A stretch of DNA of 64,000 bases from positions 1,576-65,575 of the forward strand of contig DAITPY010000005.1 in the NCBI GenBank assembly GCA_036833315.1, in the 5' to 3' direction. Shown here one piece after another: positions 54,541-63,722 of the stretch. Each line of letters opens with the position of its first letter. Position 1 is the first letter of the stretch. The notes beneath the pieces were generated by a model that saw nothing but the letters and a program-made list of their open reading frames with translations, did not search any database and was not told the DNA's origin. The translations under genes and the position numbers were made by a program. Origin of the DNA: Candidatus Dormiibacterota bacterium (GTDB lineage Bacteria > Chloroflexota > Dormibacteria > Aeolococcales > Aeolococcaceae).

Positions 54541-55738
54541 GATTCTTCGTCCCTTGCCGTCGACCCTGGGCGGAGATGTTGAGCAGGATGCCCATGCCCA
54601 CGAGGGTGGTCGCCAGCGAGGTGCCACCGTAGCTGATGAACGGCAAGGGGATGCCGGTCGTCGGGATCACACCGGTCACCGCCATCACGTTGATGAAGGC
54701 CTGCATGCAGATCCACGATGTGATGCCTCCCGCGAGCAGAGCGCCGAACCGGTCGGGCGCGCGCAGCGAGGCGCGCACTCCGCGCCACGCCAGGAAGAGA
54801 AACGCCACGAGCACCGCGACGGTTCCGATCAAGCCGAGCTCCTCGCCGATGATCGCGAAGATGAAGTCGGTATGGGCCTCGGGCAGCCACTCGTACTTCT
54901 GCACCGAGCTGCCGAGCCCGACTCCGAAGATCCCGCCCGACCCGAACGCATAGAGCGCCTGGCAATTCTGGAACCCAGAGCCGAGCGCGTCGGCGCAGGG
55001 GTTGAGGAAGTGGGCCAGGCGGTCGGCGCGATACGAGACCAGCGCGACCAGGCCGACGCCACCGGCCCCGAACAGGGCGAGGATCAGGATCAGGTGGCGC
55101 TTCCGCGCGCCGGCGAGGGCGAGCAGGATCAGCGCCGTGGTCGCGATCACTATCGAACTCCCCAGGTCGCGCTCGGCGAGGACGAGCCCGAGGAGGGCGA
55201 AGAGCACGACAAGGTAGTCGCGGACGCCGCGCAGGCTCCGCACCGTGGCATCGCGGTCGGTGAGCCAGCGGGCGAAGAAGACCACGGCGACCCCGACGGC
55301 GATCGCCGAAGGCTGCACCGAGAGCGGTCCGATCTGGAACCAGCGCTGCGCCCCGAAGTGCCGGGAGCCGACGTGGGGGATGAGCACCACCAGGAGCAGG
55401 AGCAGCACGAGGAACATCACCGGCCTGGCGAGCGGGGCCAGGCGGTGGTAGTCGACACGCGCGGCCACCACGAGGCCGACGCCACCGAGCGCGGCGCCGA
55501 GCAACTGGTGCGCGAAGAAGTAGTTCGGGTCGTTGTACCAGAGGAAGCCCAGCGCCTCCGAAGCGCTGTAGACCATCACCAGCCCGAAGCCGACCAGGCC
55601 GACGACGATGATCATCAGCCAGCCGTCGACCCCGGCAGCGGCCGCGGCGCGATCTGCGCTGGCGAATGCGCCGGCGACTCGTGAGCCGCCGCGCCAGCGT
55701 CCTGCGAGACCTGTGAGCCTGCCGGCCCGTGCGGCCAT
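54452..55738 (-). CDS. ftsW: SEDS-family peptidoglycan polymerase FtsW
   Basis: About 10 TM, PFISYGGTSLATTLVGMGILLNIS. The 3' end appears to overlap the murG start by ~88 nt. Confidence 0.85.
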   Translation of the reverse strand: MAARAGRLTGLAGRWRGGSRVAGAFASADRAAAAAGVDGWLMIIVVGLVGFGLVMVYSASEALGFLWYNDPNYFFAHQLLGAALGGVGLVVAARVDYHRLAPLARPVMFLVLLLLLVVLIPHVGSRHFGAQRWFQIGPLSVQPSAIAVGVAVVFFARWLTDRDATVRSLRGVRDYLVVLFALLGLVLAERDLGSSIVIATTALILLALAGARKRHLILILALFGAGGVGLVALVSYRADRLAHFLNPCADALGSGFQNCQALYAFGSGGIFGVGLGSSVQKYEWLPEAHTDFIFAIIGEELGLIGTVAVLVAFLFLAWRGVRASLRAPDRFGALLAGGITSWICMQAFINVMAVTGVIPTTGIPLPFISYGGTSLATTLVGMGILLNISAQGRRQGTKNRAHVDSWGGDWGPPDPGAGGGARTQRRSA

Positions 55739-57102
55739 CAGGCGCTGCCCGCCACGGAGTGCGCGATGCCGCCGACGAGCACCGCGAAGGTGTCGCCACG
55801 ATCCTCGAAGTCGCGGAACTGGTCGAAGCTCTTGTACCCGGGCGCGAGCAGGACCACGTCACCATCCCGGGCGATCTCCCCGGCCGCGCGCACCGCCTCG
55901 GCGAGGGTCGCGACCACCAGCCGTTCTGCGAAGCCGCGCTCGGCGAGGGCCGAGTCGAGCTCAGCGGCGCTCGCCCCGTTGAGGATCGCGAACCGTGCCC
56001 GATGAGCTACCTCGTCCGCGAGGCCGTCGATCGAGAAGCCGGCGCCCTTGCCACCGCCGATCCAGATGATCGTGCGACCGGGGAAGCTGCGCAGCGCGGC
56101 CACCGCTGATTCGACATTGGTCGCCTTGCTGTCGTTGATCCAGAGCACGCCGGCCTCGTCCCGAACCGTCTGGAGGCGGTGTGGCACCGCCCGGAAGTCA
56201 CGCACCGCGCCGGCGATCGGTGGGGTGTCGACTCCGGCGGCGCGAGCGACGGCCACCGCGGCGAGCACGTTCAGCAGGTTGTGCTCGCCGAACAGGGGCA
56301 CGTCCGCCACCGGCATGACGGTCGTGAGCACGCCTGCCGTGACGCTGACCACGTCGCCGTCACGCTTGGCCGCGCCGTCGCTGATGCCGGGCTGCAGGCC
56401 GAAGTGGTGCACACGGGAATGGGCGACTGCCGCCATCTCCTTCGTGATCGGATCGTCCCAGCCGAGCACCGCGTCGTCGACGGCGAATCGCACCAGGCGT
56501 CGCTTGGTCTCGGCGTATGCGGCGAGGTCGCCGTGGCGATCGAGGTGATCCGGGGTGACGTTGAGCACGCATGCAATCGAGCAGCGCGGCTCGCGAACCG
56601 ACTCGATCTGGAACGACGAAAGCTCCAGGACCACCCAGTCGGAATCGCCGACGTCGTCGAGTCGGTCGAGCATGGTCACACCTATGTTCCCGCCGAGGTG
56701 GACGCGCTCCCCGGCGCGCTCGAGGATGGCGGCGACCAGTGCCGTCGTGGTGGTCTTGCCGTTGGTGCCGGTGATCCCGCAGATCCGCGCCCGGCAGCGT
56801 TCGAACACGAGGTCCATCTCGCTGCGCACCGGGACTCCGTGGGCCCGCGCGACCTCGAGCTCGGGCGCGTCCCAGGGAACCCCCGGGCTCGGGCACACCA
56901 TGAGCGCGTGCGCAGCCACGTCGTCGGGATAGCCGCCGAGGCGCACGTCGACGCTTTCCGGGAGGCTCGCGACCCGCTCGTGGATCGCGGGCGTGTCGGC
57001 GCGGTCGACCAGCACGACGCGATGACCCTCACGCGCGAGCGTGCGAGCGCAGGCGAGACCACTCCGTCCCGCGCCGATCACCACCACCGGCTGATCGGTC
57101 AC
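55738..57102 (-). CDS. murD: UDP-N-acetylmuramoylalanine--D-glutamate ligase
   Basis: VVVIGAGRSGLACAR...GITGTNGKTTTTAL...DSKATN. Confidence 0.9.
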   Translation of the reverse strand: MTDQPVVVIGAGRSGLACARTLAREGHRVVLVDRADTPAIHERVASLPESVDVRLGGYPDDVAAHALMVCPSPGVPWDAPELEVARAHGVPVRSEMDLVFERCRARICGITGTNGKTTTTALVAAILERAGERVHLGGNIGVTMLDRLDDVGDSDWVVLELSSFQIESVREPRCSIACVLNVTPDHLDRHGDLAAYAETKRRLVRFAVDDAVLGWDDPITKEMAAVAHSRVHHFGLQPGISDGAAKRDGDVVSVTAGVLTTVMPVADVPLFGEHNLLNVLAAVAVARAAGVDTPPIAGAVRDFRAVPHRLQTVRDEAGVLWINDSKATNVESAVAALRSFPGRTIIWIGGGKGAGFSIDGLADEVAHRARFAILNGASAAELDSALAERGFAERLVVATLAEAVRAAGEIARDGDVVLLAPGYKSFDQFRDFEDRGDTFAVLVGGIAHSVAGSA

Positions 57103-58061
57103 GCCGCTGTCCCTGCCACGTGCGAGAAGAGGACTGTCACCGCGGCGCCGACCGCGGCGGCCGCCGCGAAACAGGCGACAAGCCGTTGCTCGCGAAGGCC
57201 GATCTCCTCGAAGTGGTGATGGATCGGGCTCGCCCGAATCAGGCGCCGCCCGAACCTCCGGATCGCGGTCACGTTGGCGACCACGCTGGCCGCCTCGACG
57301 ACGAACACGATGCCGAGCACCGGGAGGAACCAGATCAGGTGCAGCTCGGCGGTGAGCGCGACCACCACACACCCGAGCGCCAGCGATCCCGTATCACCCA
57401 TGAAGACCCGCGCCGGAAACCAGTTGAAGAGCAGGAACGCTGCGACGGCTCCGGCCAGCGACGCCGCGAGCACCGCGACCGTGGCATCACCGCGGGTGAC
57501 GGCGATGATCGCGATCGCCACGAGCACGATCACCGTGCATGATGCGGCGAGCCCGTCGACCCCGTCGGTCAGGTTCACGGCGTTGCTGGTCGCCACCACG
57601 GCGATGGCGACGACCACCGCCAGCCCCAAGCCGAGGTTGGGGGCCCCGAGCCCCGGGAAGAACTGATGGGTGAACCCGGCGATGGTCAGGCCGATCCCGA
57701 CGAGCACGCCGACCACCCCCTGGAGGCCGACCTTCTGCCATACCGTGAGCCCGAGCCTCCTCGCATCGCTGATGTTGACGATGTCGTCGAGGCCACCCGC
57801 GATGGCGCCGGCGACGAGCGCAAAGATCGGGACGAAGCCCTGGCGGGAGCGGTCGACTGCGAGCCACACCACCACCGCGACGGCACAGAAGAGCGCCCCG
57901 CCGAGGGTGGGCGTTCCCTCCTTGGCGCGGTGGCTGGCCGGACTGTACGAGGCGACGTGCTGGCGTGCGCCGGTGCGAACCAGGATCCCGATGAACGCCG
58001 GATAGAGCGCCACTCCCGCCGCGAAGGCGATCACCCCGACGATGATCGCCTGCCTCATGGG
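57099..58061 (-). CDS. mraY: Phospho-N-acetylmuramoyl-pentapeptide transferase
   Basis: NAVNLTDGVDGLA...MGDTGSLALG...HHHFE. Confidence 0.9.
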   Translation of the reverse strand, partial: PMRQAIIVGVIAFAAGVALYPAFIGILVRTGARQHVASYSPASHRAKEGTPTLGGALFCAVAVVVWLAVDRSRQGFVPIFALVAGAIAGGLDDIVNISDARRLGLTVWQKVGLQGVVGVLVGIGLTIAGFTHQFFPGLGAPNLGLGLAVVVAIAVVATSNAVNLTDGVDGLAASCTVIVLVAIAIIAVTRGDATVAVLAASLAGAVAAFLLFNWFPARVFMGDTGSLALGCVVVALTAELHLIWFLPVLGIVFVVEAASVVANVTAIRRFGRRLIRASPIHHHFEEIGLREQRLVACFAAAAAVGAAVTVLFSHVAGTAA

Positions 58062-59827
58062 GCGATCCGCCAGTCGTTGATCATCATCTCCGCCATCTGC
58101 TTCCAGATGGGGGCGGCCAGCAGGGAGCCGAAGCGCCCGGTGTGGCGTTCCTGGGGCTCGTTGAGGATGACCATCATCGTGAACTGGGGATTCTGCACGG
58201 GCAGGAAGCCCACGAACGACGCGACGACGTTGGGCCCATAGCCTCCGCCGTTGGGCAACGCGACGCTCGCGGTCCCCGTCTTGCCGGCGATCTGTCCGAT
58301 GTACCCGGGGATCTTCGCCTTGAAGCCCTCCCCACCTGGGTCGTCCACCACGCCCACCATCATGTGCGCGAGGGTGTGTGCGGCGGCGGGCGTGATCACC
58401 CGGCGACTCACCGGAACGACCGGCGTGGTGGTCCCCGTGTTGGGATTGACGATCGCGTCGACGGCGTGCGGCTCGACCCAGATGCCGCCGTTGGCAACCG
58501 CGTTGATGGCGGCCAGCATCTCGACCGGAGTGGCGACGATGCCCTGCCCGAAGGAAGCGGTCGCGTACTTGAGCTTGTTCCACGACGATTGCGCGTGCAG
58601 CGGGCTGTTGACCTCCCCGGCCAGGTCGATCCCGGTGGGCGCACCGATCCCGAAGGCGAGGAGATTGGAGTAGAAGGCGTTCGGTCCCTCCATCTTCTGG
58701 GCGTCGATGGCGCCGTTGTTGAGCGAGTCGTCGAGCACGAATTGCATGCTGACGTGGCCGTGGGACCGGCCGTCCCAGTCGTGGATGAGATATCCATCGA
58801 TGCGCTGCTGGCGCTCGTCGATGACCGTGTTCGGGGTGAACGCGTTGTTGTTGAGACCGCCGGCGAACGTGACCACCTTCATCGTCGATCCCGGTTCATA
58901 GGGCTGGGACACCGCCAGGTCACGGAAGTCGGCGACGTTCGACGACCCGTAGCTGCTGGCGTTGTAGGAGGGGTACTGCGCCCAGGCACGGATGGCTCCG
59001 GTCTTGGTGTCCATGACCATCAGCGTTCCCGACGCCGACTGCGTGGAGTTGACCCCGTCGGCGAGCGCGATCTCCGCGTCGTACTGGATCTGCGCATCGA
59101 GTCCGAGCACCAGGTTGTCGCCATTTGCGGCAGGAACCTTCTGCTGGCGGCCGAGGACGATCGCATTGCCGTTGACATCGGTGAGCGTCGACTCGTGTCC
59201 GCTGGTCCCGGCGAGCAGCGCGTTGTAGTACCCCTCGAGCCCGTACTGGCCCACCCCGTTGGCGTTCACGAAGCCGAGCAGGTTGGCCGCAAACGACACT
59301 CCCGGGACGGGCGACGGCTCGTAGACGCTCTGCTCCGACGGCACCGTGCCGATTCCGCTCAGCCGCAACGCCTGCAGTTTCTGGTTCACATCCTGGGACA
59401 CGCCCTTGGCGAGGTAGTCGAACTGATTGTTCTGGGAGATGGCGTTGAGGACCTGCGCCGAGGTCACCTGCAGGATCGGCGCGAGCATCCCGGCGACGTT
59501 GGCGCGATCACCGGGACTGATGAGCGCCGGGTCGGCGAACACGTCGAAGACCTGCACGTTGCTCACCAGGACGCGTCCGTTGCGGTCGAGGATCTGCCCG
59601 CGGCTGGCCTGGAGCTTGATCGATGTCGTATGGGTCACCGCCGCCTGGGCGGCGAGCGACTTCCCCTGGATCACCTGGACCTGCACCAGCCGCCCGAAGA
59701 CCGCCGTGGCCATCGAGAGAAAAGCGAGCACCAGCCAGAGGCCGCGACGGCGCACGTCGGGACCCTCGTTGAATGCGCGCACGTCCTGTGACCGCCCTGT
59801 TCGCGTAGAGCGGCGCCGGACGGTCAT
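58055..59827 (-). CDS. ftsI: Penicillin-binding protein (FtsI-type transpeptidase)
   Basis: Single TM, dimerisation domain, STMK-like (SGSTMK...), SSN and KTGT (AGKTGTA) motifs. Confidence 0.9.
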   Translation of the reverse strand: MTVRRRSTRTGRSQDVRAFNEGPDVRRRGLWLVLAFLSMATAVFGRLVQVQVIQGKSLAAQAAVTHTTSIKLQASRGQILDRNGRVLVSNVQVFDVFADPALISPGDRANVAGMLAPILQVTSAQVLNAISQNNQFDYLAKGVSQDVNQKLQALRLSGIGTVPSEQSVYEPSPVPGVSFAANLLGFVNANGVGQYGLEGYYNALLAGTSGHESTLTDVNGNAIVLGRQQKVPAANGDNLVLGLDAQIQYDAEIALADGVNSTQSASGTLMVMDTKTGAIRAWAQYPSYNASSYGSSNVADFRDLAVSQPYEPGSTMKVVTFAGGLNNNAFTPNTVIDERQQRIDGYLIHDWDGRSHGHVSMQFVLDDSLNNGAIDAQKMEGPNAFYSNLLAFGIGAPTGIDLAGEVNSPLHAQSSWNKLKYATASFGQGIVATPVEMLAAINAVANGGIWVEPHAVDAIVNPNTGTTTPVVPVSRRVITPAAAHTLAHMMVGVVDDPGGEGFKAKIPGYIGQIAGKTGTASVALPNGGGYGPNVVASFVGFLPVQNPQFTMMVILNEPQERHTGRFGSLLAAPIWKQMAEMMINDWRIAP

Positions 59828-60318
59828 CGGCCGTTCGCGCTCCTGCCGAACGCTCCGGCGAGAGCGGCCACGAGTTGCTGCAGCGTGCTGTCACTCTGGC
59901 TCGAGGCGAGTTGGTCTGCCGGCGGCGATCCGATCACCGGTGACGGGGACGTTGCGACGAACGCCCAGCGGGCGGCGGGGTGCATGCCGAGGTGCTGTGC
60001 CGCGGCGATGATTCGCTCCGACGACTGCAGCCGGGCGAGCTCGCTGCCGAGCTGTCCCGCCCGTGCGACCAACTGCTGCTGCTCGGCGGCGAGCCGTGTC
60101 GCCTGATAGGTCGCGGTGGTGACGTGGGCGGTCTGATTCACGTAGGCGATACCGATGCCTGCGGCCACGGCGATCACGGGGAGCAACGGCAGCGGCGTGC
60201 GCGGCCCACCTCGCCGGATGCGCAACCGGCGCACCAGCGGCTCGAAGGGGACGTCGTCGACGCCGGTCGCCGGAGTCGAGTCGCGCGCGCCGCCGCGCGC
60301 GGGGCGGTTGTGAGGCAC
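59824..60318 (-). CDS. ftsL: FtsL/DivIC-like septum formation protein
   Basis: Small bitopic protein: TM LPVIAVAAGIGIAYV, then a coiled-coil (AAEQQQLVARAGQLGSELARLQSSERI). Position between rsmH and ftsI. Confidence 0.5.
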   Translation of the reverse strand: MPHNRPARGGARDSTPATGVDDVPFEPLVRRLRIRRGGPRTPLPLLPVIAVAAGIGIAYVNQTAHVTTATYQATRLAAEQQQLVARAGQLGSELARLQSSERIIAAAQHLGMHPAARWAFVATSPSPVIGSPPADQLASSQSDSTLQQLVAALAGAFGRSANGR

Positions 60319-60400
60319 TGCCTTGTTCTCCAGTGGTGGGACGTTGTGAAAGACGATGGAGGGGCCACCGGCGGTGCCGGGCGGCGTCGAAAGTCGTGGC

Positions 60401-60432
60401 GGGGGGAGCCGCTGCGAGCTGCGGCTCCCCCC
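60401..60432. promoter_or_regulatory. Perfect 12-bp GC stem-loop GGGGGGAGCCGC-N8-GCGGCTCCCCCC in the rsmH-ftsL intergenic region
   Basis: Read directly from the sequence. No U-run on either strand. Confidence 0.3.
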
Positions 60433-60450
60433 TTGGGGGAGCGAAGGAGG

Positions 60451-61464
60451 CTAGGGGGCGAGCTTTTCGGCCACCCGCAGGCGCGCCGAGCGAGACCGCG
60501 GATTGGTGGCGAGCTCGGCCGCGTCAGGTCTGATGACCTTGCGCGTGAGGAGAAAGAGAGTGGCCCGGTGGACGCAGGTGCAGTGGGGCTGTTGGGGCGG
60601 ACAAACACAGTTCTGTGCTGCGACGTGGAGTGCGTTCTTTACAAGGGAGTCCTCGAGGGAGTGAAAGGAGATGACCCCAAGACGCCCACCGGGCCGGAGG
60701 ATGCTGATTGCTGCCTGCAGGCCTCGTTCGAGGCTTTCGAGCTCGTGGTTCACCGCGATGCGAAGCGCCTGGAAGGTGCGCGTCGCGGGATGGATTCGCT
60801 TCGGCCAGAAGCGTCGCGGCACCACTTGCTCGACGAGCTCACGAAGCTGCGTCGTGGTGGTGAGTGGCACGAGCTCTCGGGCCCTCGCGATCCGGTTCGC
60901 GATGGGCCTGGCAAAGCGCTCGTCGCCGTACTCACGGATGAGTGACGCCAGCTCGTCGGCGGTCAGCGAATCCACCAGCTGCGCGGCGGTCTCGCCGGAG
61001 CTTGGGTCCATGCGCATGTCGAGCGGACCGTCGAGGCGGAAGCTGAATCCTCGGGCCGGGTCGTCGAGCTGGACCGAGGAGATGCCGAGGTCGAAGACGA
61101 CCGCGTCAGCGGCGACCACTCCGAACGAATGGACGATGGCATCGAGGTCCGCAAAGTCGCCCTGGGCGATCTGCACCGCGTCGCCATCCGCCGCGAAGCG
61201 AAGGCGCGCGGCCTCGACAGCGTCGTGATCGCGATCGATCGCGATCACCCGGCCGCCGGGAGACACGCGCTCGAGGAGCGCGGCCGTGACGCCCCCGGCG
61301 CCGAGTGTGGCGTCGACGGCAGTCTGCCCCGGCCGGGGCTGCAGGCTCTCTATGAGGGGTGTGAGAAGGACCGGCCGGTGGCCCGCGCCGTCAGGCGCCG
61401 GGGCACCGGGCGTGGCGTCGTTCGGCTTCCCCATGTCGGCCACGATCGGCATGGGGATCGTCAT
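60451..61464 (-). CDS. rsmH: 16S rRNA (cytosine1402-N4)-methyltransferase
   Basis: HRPVLL...DATLGAGG...FDLGISS...ISFHSLEDSLVK...ANPRSRSARLRVAEK. Confidence 0.9.
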   Translation of the reverse strand: MTIPMPIVADMGKPNDATPGAPAPDGAGHRPVLLTPLIESLQPRPGQTAVDATLGAGGVTAALLERVSPGGRVIAIDRDHDAVEAARLRFAADGDAVQIAQGDFADLDAIVHSFGVVAADAVVFDLGISSVQLDDPARGFSFRLDGPLDMRMDPSSGETAAQLVDSLTADELASLIREYGDERFARPIANRIARARELVPLTTTTQLRELVEQVVPRRFWPKRIHPATRTFQALRIAVNHELESLERGLQAAISILRPGGRLGVISFHSLEDSLVKNALHVAAQNCVCPPQQPHCTCVHRATLFLLTRKVIRPDAAELATNPRSRSARLRVAEKLAP

Positions 61465-61491
61465 GTGTCGAGGCGGATCCGTCTGGGGCGC

Positions 61492-61986
61492 TCACGCCGG
61501 CGACGGAGAGGCGGACGTTCCGCGCTGGTGGACCAGGTCCCAGACCTGGGTGAACTCGTCGGGGACCAACTCCGCCTGCTCCGATTCCCAGAGCTCCGCC
61601 GCGGTGATCTCGACACCGTTGTCGAGGCCGACGAAGACAACCGTGTCGACGATCTGGGCAAAGGCCCGCTGGCGCGCCGAGAGGAGCAGCCTCCCCTGGG
61701 CATCGAGTTCGAACAGGTAGGTGTTGCCGATCAGCCGGCGCATGAACCGGCGTTCCTGGGCGGGGGTCTCGGCGGTGCGGCGGAAGAGTTCCTTCTTCAA
61801 TGCCCACTCGTCCGGCGGCCAGATCATGAGCCGGCTGTCGGGCCCCGGAGCGACGACGCTTCCTTCGGGCAACCAGCGGCGCAGCTGGGCGGGGATCGCG
61901 ACCCGTCCCTTGTCATCGATGTGGTGCCGGTACGTCCCGCAGAACGTCACCGGAACGCGCACATCTGTCTGCGCCTGCTCGACCAT
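61492..61986 (-). CDS. mraZ: Transcriptional regulator MraZ
   Basis: Two MraZ repeats: G.Y.H.IDDKGRVAIP and ...ELDAQGRLLLS. Start ATG 61986, or GTG 61950. Confidence 0.85.
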   Translation of the reverse strand: MVEQAQTDVRVPVTFCGTYRHHIDDKGRVAIPAQLRRWLPEGSVVAPGPDSRLMIWPPDEWALKKELFRRTAETPAQERRFMRRLIGNTYLFELDAQGRLLLSARQRAFAQIVDTVVFVGLDNGVEITAAELWESEQAELVPDEFTQVWDLVHQRGTSASPSPA

Positions 61987-62002
61987 CACCGTAGCTTCCT
62001 CG

Positions 62003-62034
62003 GAACCCCCACTACTCACCACTTTTCTCCACCA
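62003..62034 (-). promoter_or_regulatory. Candidate MraZ operator: three direct GTGG(T/G)G repeats upstream of mraZ
   Basis: Minus-strand reading GGTGGAGAAAAGTGGTGAGTAGTGGGGG. MraZ operators are direct GTGG/TGGG repeats at ~10-nt spacing. Confidence 0.3.
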
Positions 62035-62095
62035 GCGGGCCGAACCCTAACAGGTGTGTGGTGAGGCGTCAACGCAAACAAATGTACGCATCACA

Positions 62096-62788
62096 TCAGA
62101 CGTCGTATCGGGGCGACTCCCTGAGCAGCGCCGACAGATCGGCCGGGGGGCCCACCTGCTCCGCTGCCGCATCCCTTCGGAAGACGACCGCGCCACCCGT
62201 GCCGCGCAGCGACATCGCCGGCCCGTTCACCAGCAGCCAGCTCTGCTCACGGAGCGCGACCACGGTGACGTCGTTCTCCTCCAGGAATTCCTGGAGACGC
62301 TCCTCACGCGTCTCCCCGACGCGCGCTTCGGGCGGTGGTGGATCGATGTAGTGCGGGTTGATCTGAAAGGGGACGAGGCCGAAAGCCGCGAAGCTCGGCG
62401 GCTGCACGATCGGCATGTCGTTGGTGGTGCGGATCGTCGGACACGCCACGTTGGCGCCCGCACTGGCGCCGAAGTACGGCACCCCGCCGCTGATCGCCGA
62501 GCGCACCACGTCGATGAGCGACAGCATGTGCAGCGCGTGCACCAGCCGAAAGCTGTTGCCCCCGCTGACGATGATCGCGTCGGCCTCGACCACTGCCGTG
62601 ACCGGGTCGTCGAACCTGTGCAGCCCAGTGACCTCCAGGCCCTGCGCCGCAAAGCGATCGTTGAAACGCGCCGTGGCACGGTCGTGGTCCTTCTGCGCGT
62701 AGGGAATCATCACGGCGCGGCGCGCACCCCGGAAGTGCTCGAGGATCTCCGCGCCGGCTGAGGCGATGTCGCCGCCCGCGTGCAGCAT
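62096..62788 (-). CDS. Peptidase family S51 (dipeptidase E / cyanophycinase-like)
   Basis: VSGGNSFRL...GVPYFGASAGANVACPTIRTTNDMPIV, typical of the PepE nucleophile-elbow region. Start at MLHAGGD. Confidence 0.7.
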   Translation of the reverse strand: MLHAGGDIASAGAEILEHFRGARRAVMIPYAQKDHDRATARFNDRFAAQGLEVTGLHRFDDPVTAVVEADAIIVSGGNSFRLVHALHMLSLIDVVRSAISGGVPYFGASAGANVACPTIRTTNDMPIVQPPSFAAFGLVPFQINPHYIDPPPPEARVGETREERLQEFLEENDVTVVALREQSWLLVNGPAMSLRGTGGAVVFRRDAAAEQVGPPADLSALLRESPRYDV

Positions 62789-62849
62789 CAGTCGTCGATC
62801 CACGTGCGCAAGCCTCCGTGTCCTGTGGGAGCAGCCCAGAGGATAGACT

Positions 62850-63236
62850 CGTCGGGCAAGCCGGCCAGACGGTCGCGGACGCCAACACCGTCCGAGGAAA
62901 GTCCGGGCTCCGCAGAGCAGGGCGCTGGGTAACGCCCAGTCGGGGTGACCCGAAGGAGAGTGCCACAGAAATGACACAGCCCCGGACCCGTCCGGGGCAA
63001 CGGTGAAATGGTGGGGTAAGAGCCCACCGGCGGCCGGGTGACCGGCCGGCCAGGTAAACCCCGCCCGGAGCAAGGCCGAACAGAGACCGAGCGCTTCGGC
63101 GCTCAGGAGCTGCTCGCTCCCCGTGTCTCAGGTGGGCCGCACGAGGCGCCGGGCAACCGGCGTCCTAGATGGATGACCGTCCCTCGTCCGCCGCGCGGAT
63201 GTGGACAGAACCCGGCTTATCGGCCGGCTTGCACTC
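62850..63236 (+). ncRNA. rnpB: RNase P RNA, bacterial type A
   Basis: P4 5' strand GAGGAAAGUCCGGGCUCC, CAGGGCA-like and GGUAACGCC elements, AGGGUGAAA-like GGUGAAAUGGUGGGGUAAGAGCCCACC, 3' ...ACAGAACCCGGCUUAUCGGCCGGCUUGC pairing with 5' GCAAGCCGGCC (P1). Near-collinear with E. coli M1 RNA. Confidence 0.85.
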
Positions 63237-63245
63237 TGCCCTGGG

Positions 63246-63722
63246 TCATCGCATCGCCCCTCCCGCGGCCCTTGTGGCAATCATCCGCTGGGTCTCCTCC
63301 ACCGCCAGGCTGTCGACCCGCTCGTTGCCCGGGATCCCGCTGTGACCGCGAACGTGCTCGAAGCGCACTCGGGAGTCGATGAGTGGATCGATGCTCGGAT
63401 AGAGATCCAGATTCTTCTTGCGTTTCCACGTTCGCGTGAGCCAGTTGATGACGCCGAGGCTGTCGGTGCGCACGACCACGCGCCACGCCGGATCGTCACC
63501 GATGCGCGAGCGAATGCGCCGCAGCGCCTCACGGACAGCTTTCAACTCCTCGCGGTTGTTGGTCGTGTCCAGGTCGCCGCCCGCGGCCTCCTCGACCTGT
63601 CCGTCGGGCCACTCCAGCCGGTACGCCCACGCGCCCGCCCCGGGGTTTCCCGAGCACGCGCCATCGGTGTACGCAATCACCGTCGCCGTCACGGCGCCAG
63701 TATCCGATCGCAGTTCGCGCAC
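63246..63722 (-). CDS. rnhA: Ribonuclease HI
   Basis: IAYTDGACSGNPGAGAWAY...TNNREELKAV...DSLGVINW...HVRGHSGIPGNERVDSLA. Start ATG 63722 or GTG 63692. Confidence 0.8.
   Translation of the reverse strand: MRELRSDTGAVTATVIAYTDGACSGNPGAGAWAYRLEWPDGQVEEAAGGDLDTTNNREELKAVREALRRIRSRIGDDPAWRVVVRTDSLGVINWLTRTWKRKKNLDLYPSIDPLIDSRVRFEHVRGHSGIPGNERVDSLAVEETQRMIATRAAGGAMR

Noticed and set aside
60451-61464. Cys-cluster CVCPPQQPHCTCVH near the RsmH C-terminus as a novel metal site
   Set aside because: A C-x-C...C-x-C cluster at this position is common in RsmH/MraW proteins of many bacteria (e.g. Bacillus). It is a family feature, not a novelty.
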